Source: Octopus sinensis
Taxonomy: Eukaryota
Reading direction: 5' to 3'
Assembly: GCF_006345805.1 (NCBI RefSeq)
Contig: NW_021831931.1
Coordinates: 1 to 46,750 of the forward strand
Length of the DNA: 46,750 nucleotides
Of this stretch, positions 24,262 to 36,346 are shown piece by piece. The position numbers and the translations under genes are program-made. The notes under the pieces are model-generated. The model ran no database searches. It worked only from the letters and a program-made list of their open reading frames with translations, and was not told the DNA's origin. The first letter of the stretch is position 1, and the number at the start of each line of letters is the position of its first letter.

Positions 24262-24396
24262 ATAGGGGAGAATTCACAAAACACATAAGACGAAGACAGG
24301 TGGTGTAGACAACAAACAGACGTATTAGTATAACACTCGGGAAGTGAAAAAGTCTTTAACATTTCGAGCCTATGTTCTTCCACAGAAAGAAACAGG

Positions 24397-24410
<14 letters not shown>
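24262..24410 (-). mobile_element. pLTR module, family C, with hammerhead-like motif at 24354-24389
   Basis: Minus strand CTTT-CTGTGGA-A-GAAC(ATAG)GCTC-GAAA-TG-TT|AAAG; homologous to 35360-35510. Confidence 0.6.
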
Positions 24411-24472
<62 letters not shown>

Positions 24473-25069
24473 ATAGAAATAGTTTTATTGAAGTTGAAAA
24501 TATTTACAAACCATTACTCCGAGTTTTACATTTCTGTTCATTAGACCGTATTGATGCTTTAGGACCATATATGGATTATAAGTACTGAAATGGCAATCAT
24601 TCAGCATGTAAATAGTTAAATGCGAATGGTCAGTCAGGTTGTCGTCCCAATTACAAAATTAGTGGACTGTGTTGGATAACCCGAAAAAAATCTTAAAATA
24701 TTCGAGTTAAATAACTTCGAATAAAATGAAGTGCTGTGTCTTAAGAAAAAAAGTATAGTCAATTATAAGCTCATTAGGAAACGTAAATGATGTGAATTGA
24801 CACTTATAAGCAAATGGGAGTAAACAAACGAATAATTTATAATTGTCTTTTTATTAGTCTAAGTTACTTTCACTATTTGAGAGACGTTTGAAAGATCGTC
24901 ATACCGATTAAGGCTATTGAATCTGAAACGTGTGTCCAGGAACGTGACTGCGCTCTTATCTCCAAATAATAAACTTGTTCTTATTGTTAAGGGCCCTTGA
25001 CTCTTTTCAATTGGAGTTCGTGTTATAGAGGGAGTTGATAAATAATGAAAATAATCTATACTCATTTAC

Positions 25070-25660
25070 TTGTTTCATATTTCTTTATTGCCCACAATGG
25101 GCTAAACGTAGAGGGGGACAAACAAGGACAGACAAAGGGATTAAGTCGATTACATGGACCCCAGTTCGTAACTGGTACTTAATTTATCGACCTCGAATGA
25201 TTGAAAGGCAAAGTCGACCTCGGAGGAATTTGAACTCAGAACGTAACGGTAGACGAAATACCTTTTTCTTTACTACCCACAAGGGGCTAAACACAGAGGG
25301 GACAAACGAGGACAGACAAACGGATTAAGTCGATTATATCGACCCCAGTGCGTAACTGGTAGTTATTTAATCGACCCCGAAAGGATGAAAGGCAAAGACA
25401 ACCTCGGCGGAATTTGAACTCGGAACGTAACGGCAGACGAAATACCTCTTTCTTTACTACCCACAAGGGGCTAAACATAGAGGGGACAAACAAGGACAGA
25501 CATAGGTATTAAGTCGATTACATCGATCCCAGTGCGTAACTGGTACTTAATTTATCAACCACGAAAGGATGAAAGGCAAAGTCGACCTCGGCGGAATTTG
25601 AACTCAGAACGTAGTGGCAGACAAAATACGGCTACGCATTTCGCCCGGCGTGCTAACGTT
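25070..25660 (-). mobile_element. Head-to-tail trimer of SINE family 2
   Basis: ~183 bp units with junctions near 25260 and 25443; only the outermost unit has the CGCCCGGCGTGCTAACG head. Confidence 0.85.
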
Positions 25661-25661
25661 C

Positions 25662-25962
25662 CAGTCATTTAACTGTGGCCATGCTACAGCACCGCCTTTA
25701 TTCGAATCATTCACTCACTCACTCGTTCACTCACTCGCTTACTCACTCGCTCGCTCACTCACTAGCTCACGCACTCACTCACTCACTCACTCACGTGTTT
25801 AGATATACTACGGGTTTCCTCCTAGTTTCAATCTACCAAATTCATTCAGTAGGCATTGCTCGGCCCGGGGCTACAGAAGAAGATGCTTGCCCAAGGGGCA
25901 ACGCAGAGGGACCGAACCCAAAAGCACGTGGTTGAAAACCGAGCCTCTTAACCACGCAGTCA
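25662..25962 (-). mobile_element. Degenerate SINE family 1 with (CTCA)n in the centre
   Basis: Tail CAGTCATTTAACTGTGGCCATGC and head CTTGCCCAAGG...GAACCC. Confidence 0.65.
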
Positions 25963-26339
25963 TCCTTGTGCATGTGTTCTGTATTTTTGTTGGTTATAAT
26001 GGAAACAAATCAAACGGATTGATACAAAATGTGGTCGAAAATAACAGACAAATCAATATTTGTCATGGTGAGGAGAAACCTCATGAGAATATGTATAATA
26101 ACAGAGATTTCAGAGAATTCGAAACGGAAACAATTATTTGTATAAAGACTTTTGTGTAAGTCATTTTTTGAGACATGACAGGAGTGGGGGTAAAGCTTAT
26201 GTAAAAAAGTTATGTGGTCAAGGACAAAAGATCACACAACGATACGTTGAAAAGGATGAAGGAATCGGAGGAATACACGATGCCGAAATATCGTTCAACC
26301 AATTTCACACGATAACTATGGCGCTCTTCTATTTTTTAT

Positions 26340-26466
26340 TTATTTCTCTAACAACAACAACAACAACAACAACAACATTAACAACATTAACAACTACAAG
26401 TACAACAACAACAACAGCAACAACAACAATAATAATAATAATAATAATACTAATAATATAATAATG

Positions 26467-26499
<33 letters not shown>

Positions 26500-26507
26500 T
26501 AATAATG

Positions 26508-26563
<56 letters not shown>

Positions 26564-26590
26564 TATAATTATAATAATAAAAATAATAGC
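26340..26590. repeat. (ACA)n/(ATA)n microsatellite
   Basis: Direct inspection. Confidence 0.95.
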
Positions 26591-26788
26591 AAAAAAAGGA
26601 AGAGTGTCATTGTTATCAAATGAACGATATTTCGACATCTCGTGTGTCTTCCACAGGTTCAAAAAATAAGCATTTCAAGCTATTTCATTTTGGTAATATT
26701 TATAGGATTGAGGTTACTCCTCCAGGAGGTATACAAGCAAAAAAAAAAAGAAAAGAAAAAAAAAGGAAAGTACCTTAATAATAATAAT

Positions 26789-27805
26789 AGTTCGGTATGG
26801 CGCTGGAATCCTGAAATGGACAGAGGGGGAGCTAAAGCAAACTGACAGGAAGTCAAGAAAGCTCCTATTCATGCCTGGAGACATCACCTACGTGCTGACA
26901 CTAATCACCTTATACATGAAAGGATCAAATGGAGGAAGAGGATTGATAAGTGTGGAAGACAGCGTGCGTATCGAATTCGGGAGCTAAATGGGATTCCTAG
27001 TCCAAAGTAAGGGATCCTAGCTAGTGACAATTAGGAACGAGGGAGTATTGAAAGCAGAGAAAAATAGGAAAAACAAGGGAAAAAGTACAAAAGAATTACG
27101 CAAGAAGGGACTACACAATCAATTCCATGCAGCCGCAATAAAAGTTGCTAGAAAAACTAGGTGGAATTGGCTGATGAAAGGAACCCTAAAAAAAAAGAGA
27201 CCGAGCGCAAGACCAAGCAATGGCCACGAAATGGAGGGTCAACCTTTCTAAGGAGCAAGTGCCTCCGCTGTGCCGCATCTGTAATAGAGTGGTTGAAAGT
27301 ATTGCCAAAATCACAAACGAATGTCCTAGACTTGCCCAAAGCCACTACAAGCTGCGGTGACATGATTAGGTAGCGAAAGTGCTATATTGGAAACCGTGCG
27401 AAAAGTTGGGCTAGAGAGAGGCAAGACGTGGTATGAGCGCAAATCGCAGAGTAGTGGAGTCGGAGACTAGCAAAATCCTCTCGGATTTCCCACTCTAAAC
27501 AGATCAGGTGCTAGAGCATAACAGATTGGACACAGTGGTGGTCAACAACATACACCTCATGTGCTATATTGTTGATATTGCACGCTCCTCTGACCCACGC
27601 GAAAAATGTTGATAATTACAGCCCTCTTAAGTACGAAATAGCCCGGATACGGATAATGAAGAAGGTGAAGATAGTGCCAATTGTCGTTGGCTCCTCGGGA
27701 ATAGTATCAGAAGGTATCAAGAGGAATATCAAGGAAACTTGAATAGAGTGCCGGGTTATAAAAATGTTGCCTCCTTGGCACGGCCAGAACAATAAAGTAT
27801 TAGGT
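26789..27805 (+). pseudogene. R4/Dong-like (RLE-type) non-LTR retrotransposon, decayed C-terminal ORF
   Basis: Across frames: RYGAGILKWTEGELKQTDRKSRKLL, GGRGLISVED (RT thumb), LHNQF..WNWL, SKCLRC (zinc knuckle remnant), WYE, TDQVLEHNRLDTVVV..CYIVDIA (restriction-like endonuclease PD-D/ExK), KVKIVPIVVG. Confidence 0.85.
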
Positions 27806-27854
27806 AAGAAAATTACTATTTGTAAATCTCACAGCGCGAGATATTCAGCAACAG

Positions 27855-28075
27855 TACTTTGGAGTAAAGATTGTTTGCCAACATATAACATGGCGGTCCT
27901 GGTTCAGGACAAATATTGCCGTAATTTAGCCCCAGGAGACATCGTTTTCAGCTGGCTGTACGATTGTGTCATATAGCCAGTTCGAGACGATGTCTCGTGG
28001 GTCTAAATTACAGCAACGTTCATCCTAAACCAGGATTGCCATGTTATGTTAGCAAATAATCTTTACTCTAAAGTA
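27855..28075. mobile_element. Fully palindromic TA-flanked MITE (~221 bp)
   Basis: Arms 27855-27960 / 27972-28075, roughly 80% complementary; ends TA-CTTTGGAGTAAAGA and TCTTTACTCTAAAG-TA. Confidence 0.8.
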
Positions 28076-28099
28076 TTAGGTAGCTGAAAAGAAGAAATA

Positions 28100-28353
28100 G
28101 CATGGTACCGTACGCTTGCAAGACTCCAGGAGCTCCAACAAAACCTGTGATAAAAAGAAATAAACTCAGAAAATTTATAAATTTGCCCATTAAAATCGAA
28201 GAAATGTGGCATCTCAAGACAGTCACAATGTTTGTGATTGTAGATTGTAGAAGCACTTGCAAAAAAGGAACTGAAAATTATTTGAGAATGATCCCTGGCT
28301 TATCATCTATGCAAAACATCGTTTTCACATTGAGAAGAGCATTGTCACTGTGA
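28100..28353 (+). pseudogene. R4/Dong-like LINE extreme C-terminal fragment
   Basis: KFINLPIKIEEMWHLKTVTMFVIV..KKGTENYLRMIPG..LRRALSL*, typical of the post-RLE tail (KYKDLEIEIEKMW..VIVGALG). Confidence 0.7.
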
Positions 28354-28583
28354 AGTTTCTTTCATTTTCGTTTCCTTTTTTCTTTGTTTCTCTCCCCCTT
28401 TTTTCTATCACATAACTTGACTTTGTATATGAACCATCTGGTGAGGTTATTTTAATAGCCTGCTAAAGTATACAGTGAACTTCTTTGCCCTAGGTGTCAG
28501 GAAGACACACGGCAAGAATTGGAAGTAGAATTGATAAAAGAAAAATAAATAATTATGATAATAATAATTGTTGAGAGAAAAGC

Positions 28584-28935
28584 GGCGAGCTGGTAGAAAC
28601 GTTAGCACGCCTGGCGAAATGCTTAGCGGTATTTCGTCTACTGTTACGTTTAAATTCCGCCGAGGTCGACTTTGCCTTTCATCCTTTCGGGGTCGATAAA
28701 TTAAGTACCAGTTACGCACTGGAGTCGATATAACCGACTTAATCCGTCTGTCTGTCCTTGATTGTTTCCTCTGTGTTTAGTCCCTTGTGGGTAGTAATGA
28801 AATAGGTATTTCGTATGTTTTTACGTTCTGAGTTCGTCTGTTTTTACGTTCTGAGGTTTTAAAATTAAGTACCAGTTGCGTACTGGGGTCGATCTAATCG
28901 ACTGGCCCCATCACTCAAAATTTCGGACCTTGTAG
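28584..28935 (+). mobile_element. SINE family 2 plus a partial second tandem unit
   Basis: Full unit to ~28806, junction GAAATAGGTATTTCGT, deleted second unit with the alternative TGGCCCC tail. Confidence 0.85.
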
Positions 28936-29719
28936 AGTCGATCTTGCACCGGCAAACGGGGAGCTAACCGTTGGCAGAAAAGGAGCTACGAGGACATCCC
29001 TTCCAGACGGTCACCTATGCCGAGAAAAATATTGATGCATGCCATCCATTTGATTAAAGAAGATCAGAACCTAAAGTATCAAAGAATGCAACAATTAAAT
29101 AATTCATATTTTCTGTTTAACGTCCGTATTTTCTGAAACGGGGCGACGTTTTTGCAGCAAAATTATTTAAACTTCAAAGTGCATATATGAAATAGTATGT
29201 AACAAATGTGCTCCCCTGGGAAATACTTTAAATACTTCGTGTAACAATTCTTATGCTACATTAATCTCTATATTCATGCTTAATGTCGGGTTAAACCACA
29301 AGGCTTTGCAGGTCATAGTTCTACGAGATTTGGGAAAGTTTTCAGTGTACAAATAATGGACTAACTTAAGGAATTCGCTGCTCTGAATGGAATGTTTGTT
29401 GTCGGATGAGGCCATTTTAAAGATAGCCTCATCCACTGATAGCGAAAAGTTTAGGTTACTTATGATCTATGATATTAACAATGATACCTAGTTGGTTAAT
29501 TGGTTAATTGGTTTGTCCAGCTCTAAGATAATGTCCAAGAAATCTATTTAGGTTCTCTTCGTCGTTCACTTTACAAACGACAGTGAACTTTGCGTCTTTG
29601 TTTATATGTACTAGAAAATTTGGTGATTGCTTATGCAAAGAAAGCAAAATATATGCGCCTATGGCCATCCATAACTCGGTCCTATCATACGTACCAATGC
29701 ATGTATGCATGCATTTATG

Positions 29720-29772
<53 letters not shown>

Positions 29773-29776
<4 letters not shown>

Positions 29777-30054
29777 AATTGCAGCGTGGAAGGTGTTTGT
29801 AAGCCATTTAAGAAACACACAAAAGCCGTTCGATTCACTTCAACATTTAAGTTTAATTTGTCAAAATATTTTCGTCGCTAAAATCCGCGACCTGTTCACT
29901 GACAAAAATCCGTGCAGCACGGATTAAACTTAAATGTTGAAGTGAATCGAACGGCTTTTGTGTGTTTCTTAATGGCTTACAAACACCTTCCACGCTGCAA
30001 TTGTTTTCGTTTCAGCACACGATCTCAGATCAAATTACTTGCTATGCGAGTACA

Positions 30055-30057
<3 letters not shown>
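29773..30057. mobile_element. pLTR module, family D: near-perfect ~84 bp inverted arms plus 3' extension
   Basis: Arms 29773-29856 / 29923-30006 differ by one base indel; inner palindrome AATCCGTGC-A-GCACGGATT; (TA)n on both sides. Confidence 0.8.
29857..29906 (-). ncRNA. Type I hammerhead variant with G3:C8 core (family D; cleavage between 29864 and 29863)
   Basis: Minus strand TTTGTCA-GTGAACA-G-GTCGC(GGATTTTA)GCGAC-GAAA-ATAT-TT|TGACAAA. Confidence 0.7.
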
Positions 30058-30099
<42 letters not shown>

Positions 30100-31591
30100 T
30101 TATGCATTTCGCCACAGGTACACATACGTATATGTATAACTGTATAAGTGCATTTATGTATGTGGGTGTTTATGCGCGTGTGTATGTGTGTGTGTGTGTG
30201 TGTGTGCATGGTGTGTGTGCGCGTGCATCTGCGACTGCGCTCGTGTGTTTCAAACCTACGTGTTCCTCGAATTTTTAGAGTGTAGCACATTATGCAATTT
30301 TTTTTATCAACGCGATAAAATTGTTTCAGATCTCTCTAGTTTTTATAACTATACTCAACGACTTACGCTGCAGTTTGATCTGATCTGATCTCTGTTAGCT
30401 AATTGTTGGTTGCATAAATTTTTATACATTAATTGCTGATTACACGAGTATTATCATTTATTGAGCTAATGACACCAACTCACTCTCTCTCTCTCTCTCT
30501 CTCTCTCTACAGCATATATTGATAATATTAATATTTTCATTACGTAATAAGTAGATCAAACAGATGTCAATAAATACCAGAATATTAATAATTTAAATCT
30601 ATATACTAAAGTTTCGGCTTCTTGTACAGAATACTATCTTCTTATTTGAAAACAATTTAATAATCATCTGTAAAATCTTATTCATGGTATAAAATTAGTA
30701 GGAGGCATATTGTTAAAAACAATAAACTGGCCTCGAAGATAAGCAGCAGATGCAGAAACCGTCGGAGGCTTCAGAAAATCAGCAAGATTTTCGCAATTCC
30801 TATAGTATCCAACAGTCTTTCGGAAAGTGGAATTATACGCTATCCACTAGTGTTGATATTCAGCTTGCATTGGAAACAAAAATAACCGAATAATATACAG
30901 ACAAGATGGAATCATAACAATGAATGTAAAAATTTACCGAACCACGTAAGATGTGTGGACATATGATGAAATAAATAGTTTCAAAACTAAAATACCATTG
31001 TATACCATACAAATATTATAATATTTCGCAACACGACAGAACAGTATGATTCGAAAAGCATTAAAATTCTGAGTTAATTGAACAAAATGTCCCAAGGGTA
31101 TCTAGTTATCTCTCTTGCACATGGATATAATATATAATATAACTTGACGTAATACAATGTAATATAATATAAATATACACAGAGAGAGTGAGAGAAAGAA
31201 AGAGAGAAGATATGCGTCCCTGCGTTGCGTCTATCTGAGTATACGGGATTTCGGCTAACGTACAATGAGATGACCGCGATAATAATAAGATACGGTCTGT
31301 CATTTCACCATTTCAGAAACACCGTTGATATTCAAGGATTCAAAAAAAATTACTGCATCAGAGTTGTTAACAATTTGGAAAACTATAATCATGACACTTA
31401 CATGTATACGTATGTGCAAACGTATACATGTGCCTCTGTATATATTTGTACGTATATAAATCAACCTTCACGTATATAAATCATTCTCTGTTATCAACCT
31501 CGACACAACCACAATCAACGCCAGCATTAATATAAAGCAGCTATTACTAAGCCACTAACTTGTTAATGGTTAACGACAACAGCAACAAAAT

Positions 31592-31622
<31 letters not shown>

Positions 31623-31626
31623 CATA

Positions 31627-31842
31627 TAAAGTTAATCCAAACAAGAAAGCACAAAAAACACAACAACGTGAGGACGTGGAACAAATATAGTATTATTGGA
31701 CGCTCAGGAAAGAAGGAAAGAAGGAAAGAAGGAGGGTTTAACGTTTCGAGCGGAGCTCTTCGTCGGAAACATAGGAGAAGGAAAGATCCTGAGAAGGGAA
31801 GACAGAGGGAAAAAAATCGCCAACGGTACACACGAGGTCACA
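31627..31842 (-). mobile_element. Penelope-like pLTR module, family A, copy 3
   Basis: Reverse complement of the 19671-19874 type. Confidence 0.8.
31736..31770 (-). ncRNA. Minimal hammerhead, family A
   Basis: Identical in reverse complement to 19740-19774. Confidence 0.7.
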
Positions 31843-31846
31843 TTTT

Positions 31847-31984
31847 GACAGGCTTCTTTCAGTTTCCATCTACCAAACCCACTCACAAGGCTTTGGTCGG
31901 ACCGAGGCTATAGTAGAAGACACTTGCCCAAGGTGCCATGCAGTGGTACTGAACCCGAAACCATGTGGTTGGTAAGCAAGCTAC
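31847..31984 (-). mobile_element. SINE family 1 5' half, directly abutting pLTR-A
   Basis: GGCTTCTTTCAGTTTCCATCTACC...GAACCC...GGTAAGCAAGCTAC. Confidence 0.85.
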
Positions 31985-32099
31985 TGCTGTTTACTTATAA
32001 TTCAAGGTGTTTGGAAAGAAGCCATGAAGCTTTACAGTGAAGACAACAAATTATAATAGAAAAGAAGTTAAGCCCTGAAGAAGTTACGTCATTAAAAAT

Positions 32100-32700
32100 T
32101 CGGACCTTAGCTTTTCAGAGGTTTATTGTAATCATTAAGATGCAGCAACTCTTGGAGTGCATGGGTCATGCATGAGACTCGGTGTAATTTGCCGATAATA
32201 CCTAATTAAAAAGTCCGAAATTTTGTATGACAATTTCCAGGAAAAGGAGGGTGAAAGTTCTAAGGGAAACATTTCCCAGTTAGTAAAGGTTGCTTTGGGT
32301 ATACTTAAGAAGAGTTTCAATTTGCACAACATACAAACGGTTGGTGAAGCTTCTGAAAAAAATGATTGCAAAACGGGGTTATACACCATAATAAGTGCAC
32401 AATATTGAGAAAACTGTATGTTTTTGGAAGTTCCTGTATTATTTCTTGAGAACAAAATTAACACCATGAATTAAAGCTTTCAAAAATCGTCTTGCTCCTC
32501 TTCTCGGGGGGAAATACCACTGGTGATATGAAATTAAAGCATCTAATCGTGTGATCACTCCGAGAATCCAAGAGCTTTCATATGTTACGCAAAGTTCATT
32601 TTACCTATGATTTGGAGTACTAATAAGGAAGCATGGACAACTGTCATCTGAAACAGTGATTTACAAATGATTTTCTTCTGCTGAAGAAAAGTAGTGCCAG
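32100..32700 (+). pseudogene. Tigger/pogo-family transposase remnant
   Basis: LYDNFQEKEGESSKG..KKSFNLHNIQTVGEAS (end of CENP-B-type HTH) and KAFKNRLAPLLGGNTTGDMKLK (DDE_1 KxRxTxLLxxNAxGxxKLK motif); many stops and frameshifts. Confidence 0.8.
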
Positions 32701-33059
32701 ACATATTATTTCTAACAAAGAAGTTTTTAAAGTAATGCAACATGAGGATTTACAACTTCTTTCATCACATATGGAACCAAATATTGCAAAACCCGGTGCT
32801 GATAATCCGCAACAAGAATAATATTAATGTGTGTCATTTTAATGGATTTGAATGGTTTAGTCGAGTAACTCGGCACCCGTACTTATTTTTTAACTTCGGT
32901 ACATATTCTAGGGGACACTGTTGCCAAATTTTTAAATTACAGGGATTTAAACAAACCATCAGTGGATATAACTCAGACACACAGGCACACACACACACAT
33001 ATACATATACATACACACATCGGTATGTATATATATACGGCGAATTTTCATGCTGTTTC

Positions 33060-33210
33060 ATTCTAGAAAATTCACTCACAGTGCATTTGCCGGCCCGGAC
33101 CTATCGTAAAAGCCCCTGGCCGAGGTTCTGTTTAGTAGAACTAAACTCGAAAGTATGTGGCTGCAAAGCGACCTTCTCAGTTATACAATCATGTCTGCAC
33201 TGCGCCTATA
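33060..33210 (-). mobile_element. Degenerate SINE family 1 5' part
   Basis: GCCGGCCCGGACCTAT...CCCCTGGCCGAGG...GAACT...CTGCGCCT. Confidence 0.5.
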
Positions 33211-33303
33211 TAAATAAGATACTTGTTTATAATTTAGGCACAAAGTAACTAATTTTGCAGGGAGGGTATTAGTTGATACATACATACATAATACATATAT
33301 ATA

Positions 33304-33382
<79 letters not shown>

Positions 33383-33442
33383 ACATATATATATACATAC
33401 ATATATATATAATACATATTATATATATATATTATATATATA

Positions 33443-33483
<41 letters not shown>

Positions 33484-33722
33484 CGAGTGTATTTTTACCT
33501 TGTTAACAGTTAACACGGAAAAAATAAATAAATAGTTACCAGGGCAGCAAAAATCATTTTTTGCTAAAATGTCTTATTGACGAGTTTCGTTTTTTTCACT
33601 TTCCTGAGGAGAAGATTGCATTGTTTATACCATTTATTCTTTTAAATAGCATCAGTGGAATTTTCGAAACATGTGTCGAAAGTAAAAATATTTGATTACA
33701 CCTGCGTTAACTCCATTTTTTA

Positions 33723-33772
<50 letters not shown>

Positions 33773-34584
33773 TGTATATATATATTTACATACATAGAAA
33801 ATGCCTTCGACTGTCTTACTTAAACAATTTGAATAAGCCATACGGTCTATAAAACATCGAAATCACTTCCAATTGAATTATTCTACATATGCTATACTTG
33901 TCTTCACACTAATGATGTACTTTGACGTCTTCGCTTGATTTGCCAGATTTTAACAAAATTTTCACGAAATCATACCGTTGCGTTTCTAAAATATGAATAC
34001 AACTAAGAAGCATAAGATAATTTAGTATTAGACCTATGATGCTATAAAAGGGGGTAGGGAAAGAAAAAGAAAAAGGTTTAGGCATTTCTAGAAAGCTTTT
34101 TTAATATACGACTGTTCAATCAGAGTAAAACTGCTACGTACAGAAATATGGCATTTATTTCTCATTTGGTTCATTCTTAATTCACCAATATCTCAGCAGA
34201 TAGATATTCTTTTGAAATTGAAAAATAATTTGATAAAAACTTAAAAAAACTGCCGTAACATCTTTTTTAAATTTCAAATTTCCTGTATTTGCTAGTTTTG
34301 AAAATATTTTTTACAACTCAGCAATTGAAATTATCGGACTTTTTTCTTGTATTCTTGTAAACAGACCAAAATTCCCTTTCCTCTCTGTAGTCATTACGGA
34401 TTTTAGGTTTGTATAAAATATTTCTCCGATAAACATAACACATTTCATTTTTGTCCTATTGATTATCGTGACGAAGTGTCGAGAAAACGTATAAATCCCA
34501 CGCACTTTTATCAGAAGACATTGTTTTCCGTTATTGTTTCGATATCTTATCTTTGAACTTTCATTTGTTTTATTCATTAGAGAT

Positions 34585-34765
34585 GGTCATGCTGGAGTAC
34601 TACGTTAGAAGGGATTTAGTTGAACGGCTCCACTCCAGGACTTACTTCTGAAAGTCTCGTATTTATTCTGTCGAAATACCAAGTTACGTGGACGTACACA
34701 AACCAACACCAGTTGTCAAGGGGTGAGAGGGGGGACCAAAAGAAATACACATACACGTACACACA
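34585..34765 (-). mobile_element. Degenerate SINE family 1 3' half
   Basis: GGTCATGCTGGAGTAC...CCAGGACTTAC...AAGTTACGTGGACGTA...GTTGTCAAG. Confidence 0.6.
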
Positions 34766-34802
34766 TACAACATACATATTTATACATACACACATACAAA
34801 CA

Positions 34803-35345
34803 TATATTATTATTTTTTACCCTTCTTTCTTCAAATTTTCTTCCGTTTCTCGCCCAGTGTTTTCAGTACACCTAGGGCAGAGAAGCTCATTTTATGCATT
34901 CCAGATTACACACGCAAATTCACAGGTAAATTATGTATTTAAAAAATTAATAAATAAATAAATTCATGAATGGATGTTGTTTTCACAGCGATAATGCTCT
35001 TCTCAGTACATGAGCCATTCCAGTTAACACGATTTTTTGCACTTCCTGTAGGGATGGTAAACCTGGTATCATTTTCAAATAGGTTTTGCTTTATATTTGT
35101 ACAAGTTGGCTCTAAGTCCCACCCAGAGACCTCAAGAGACAATAGGTTGGAAGTTCATGTTGTTATGCCTAGTGTGCCATATATTTGTGTTTTTTTTGGT
35201 GTTGTACTAGTGAATGTCTAAAAAAAAAACGAAAATTATGTTTGTTTTAAACCTTGAGATTACATAGAAAGTATTTTGCGGAGGATATGAGCAGTTGCCA
35301 TGAACACTATCTTTTGAATTTCAGCCAGCCACCATGATTGAGCGC
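34803..35345 (-). mobile_element. R4/Dong-like LINE 3' end with 3' UTR and (TAA)n tail
   Basis: Minus strand WLAEIQKIVFMATAHILRKILSM* followed by ~450 nt of UTR ending ...AAAAAATAATAAT. Confidence 0.75.
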
Positions 35346-35359
35346 TAGCCTCTAAAACC

Positions 35360-35508
35360 TTTTTTATTCTGTTTAATTTCGGTTCTGTTGAAGAAGAGCG
35401 TAGGCACGAAACATAAAAGACTTTCTCAATTTCCCGAGCGTTAAACTAATACACCTGTTTGTTGTTTATACGCCTGTCTTCGTTTTTTGTTTTTCTGTAG
35501 ATTCCAAC

Positions 35509-35510
<2 letters not shown>
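35360..35510 (+). mobile_element. pLTR module, family C, decayed hammerhead at 35383-35420
   Basis: TT-CTGTTGA-AGAAGAGC(GTAG)GCAC-GAAA-CATA-AAAG; ends at (TA)n. Confidence 0.55.
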
Positions 35511-35568
<58 letters not shown>

Positions 35569-36346
35569 TATATATATATACACGTATGTGTTTGTGTATG
35601 TTTGTGTGTCTGTGTGTCTGTGTGTCTTTGCATCTGAATTTGTTCTTCACCGCTTGAAAAGTGATGCTTATTTGTTTACGACCCTGTAACTTAGATATTC
35701 CGTAAAAAGACTGACAGATAGGTACCAGAGTTAAAATACTGAAGTCAATTTGTTCGACTTAAATTACAAAGAATTGCCGCTGTCTAATGACTGAAATAAG
35801 TAACAGTTAAATTCTTCAGTGTTTTCGTGTGTTTCTTCTCCTATGAATAACGTCTTAGTTTGAGCTTTCTTTGTTATGATGTTCCTAGAGACGCCAAAAC
35901 TATTACTCATTCGCAATGTCAGTCAAAAATGTCTTCCTTTTCGTTTCCAGCAACCTCTGTCTATTTTTCACATCCCTCAAAAATTCTCAGTAAACTGAAG
36001 ACAATGTTTGTTCCAAGCATCTTCCATATTTTTCTCTGTAACTGGTTTTTTTTTCCATTTAAAAAAAAAATTATTCTCTACTGAGAAAACAGCGCTTTTA
36101 GAATTCTTTTAGCCTAAAGTATATTTCATTTTATCAACTGAACAAATCGCATTGATGACGCAACGCTTTAAATATTGCAATAATGCCTCTGTCCATTGTT
36201 TGCGAAACTGCTGATATGTGGCCGCGTAAACATTACTCTAACCTTTCAAGGAACATATTGTAAACATTTTAGTTACGAACATGTATTATTTACGGTCTGT
36301 AGCGTCTGGCATTAAATTTTCGTCTTAATATATTTAACTTAAATAA

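Noticed and set aside
24900-24945. CCGATTA-AGGCT(ATTG)AATCT-GAAA-CGTGTG-TC hammerhead-like string
   Set aside because: C3 cannot pair with T8, stem II is mismatched and there is no stem I; at best a decayed remnant.
30715-31390. CR1-type LINE tail fragments (ADAETVGGFRK; VDIQGFKKNYCIRVVN)
   Set aside because: The matches are short, highly decayed and in non-collinear order; too weak to annotate.
33570-33690. Possible decayed hammerheads (minus CTCAGGA..CGAAACTCGTC|AATAAG; plus CGAAACATGTGTC)
   Set aside because: Core and stems are broken. Plausibly old pLTRs, but not supportable from single copies.
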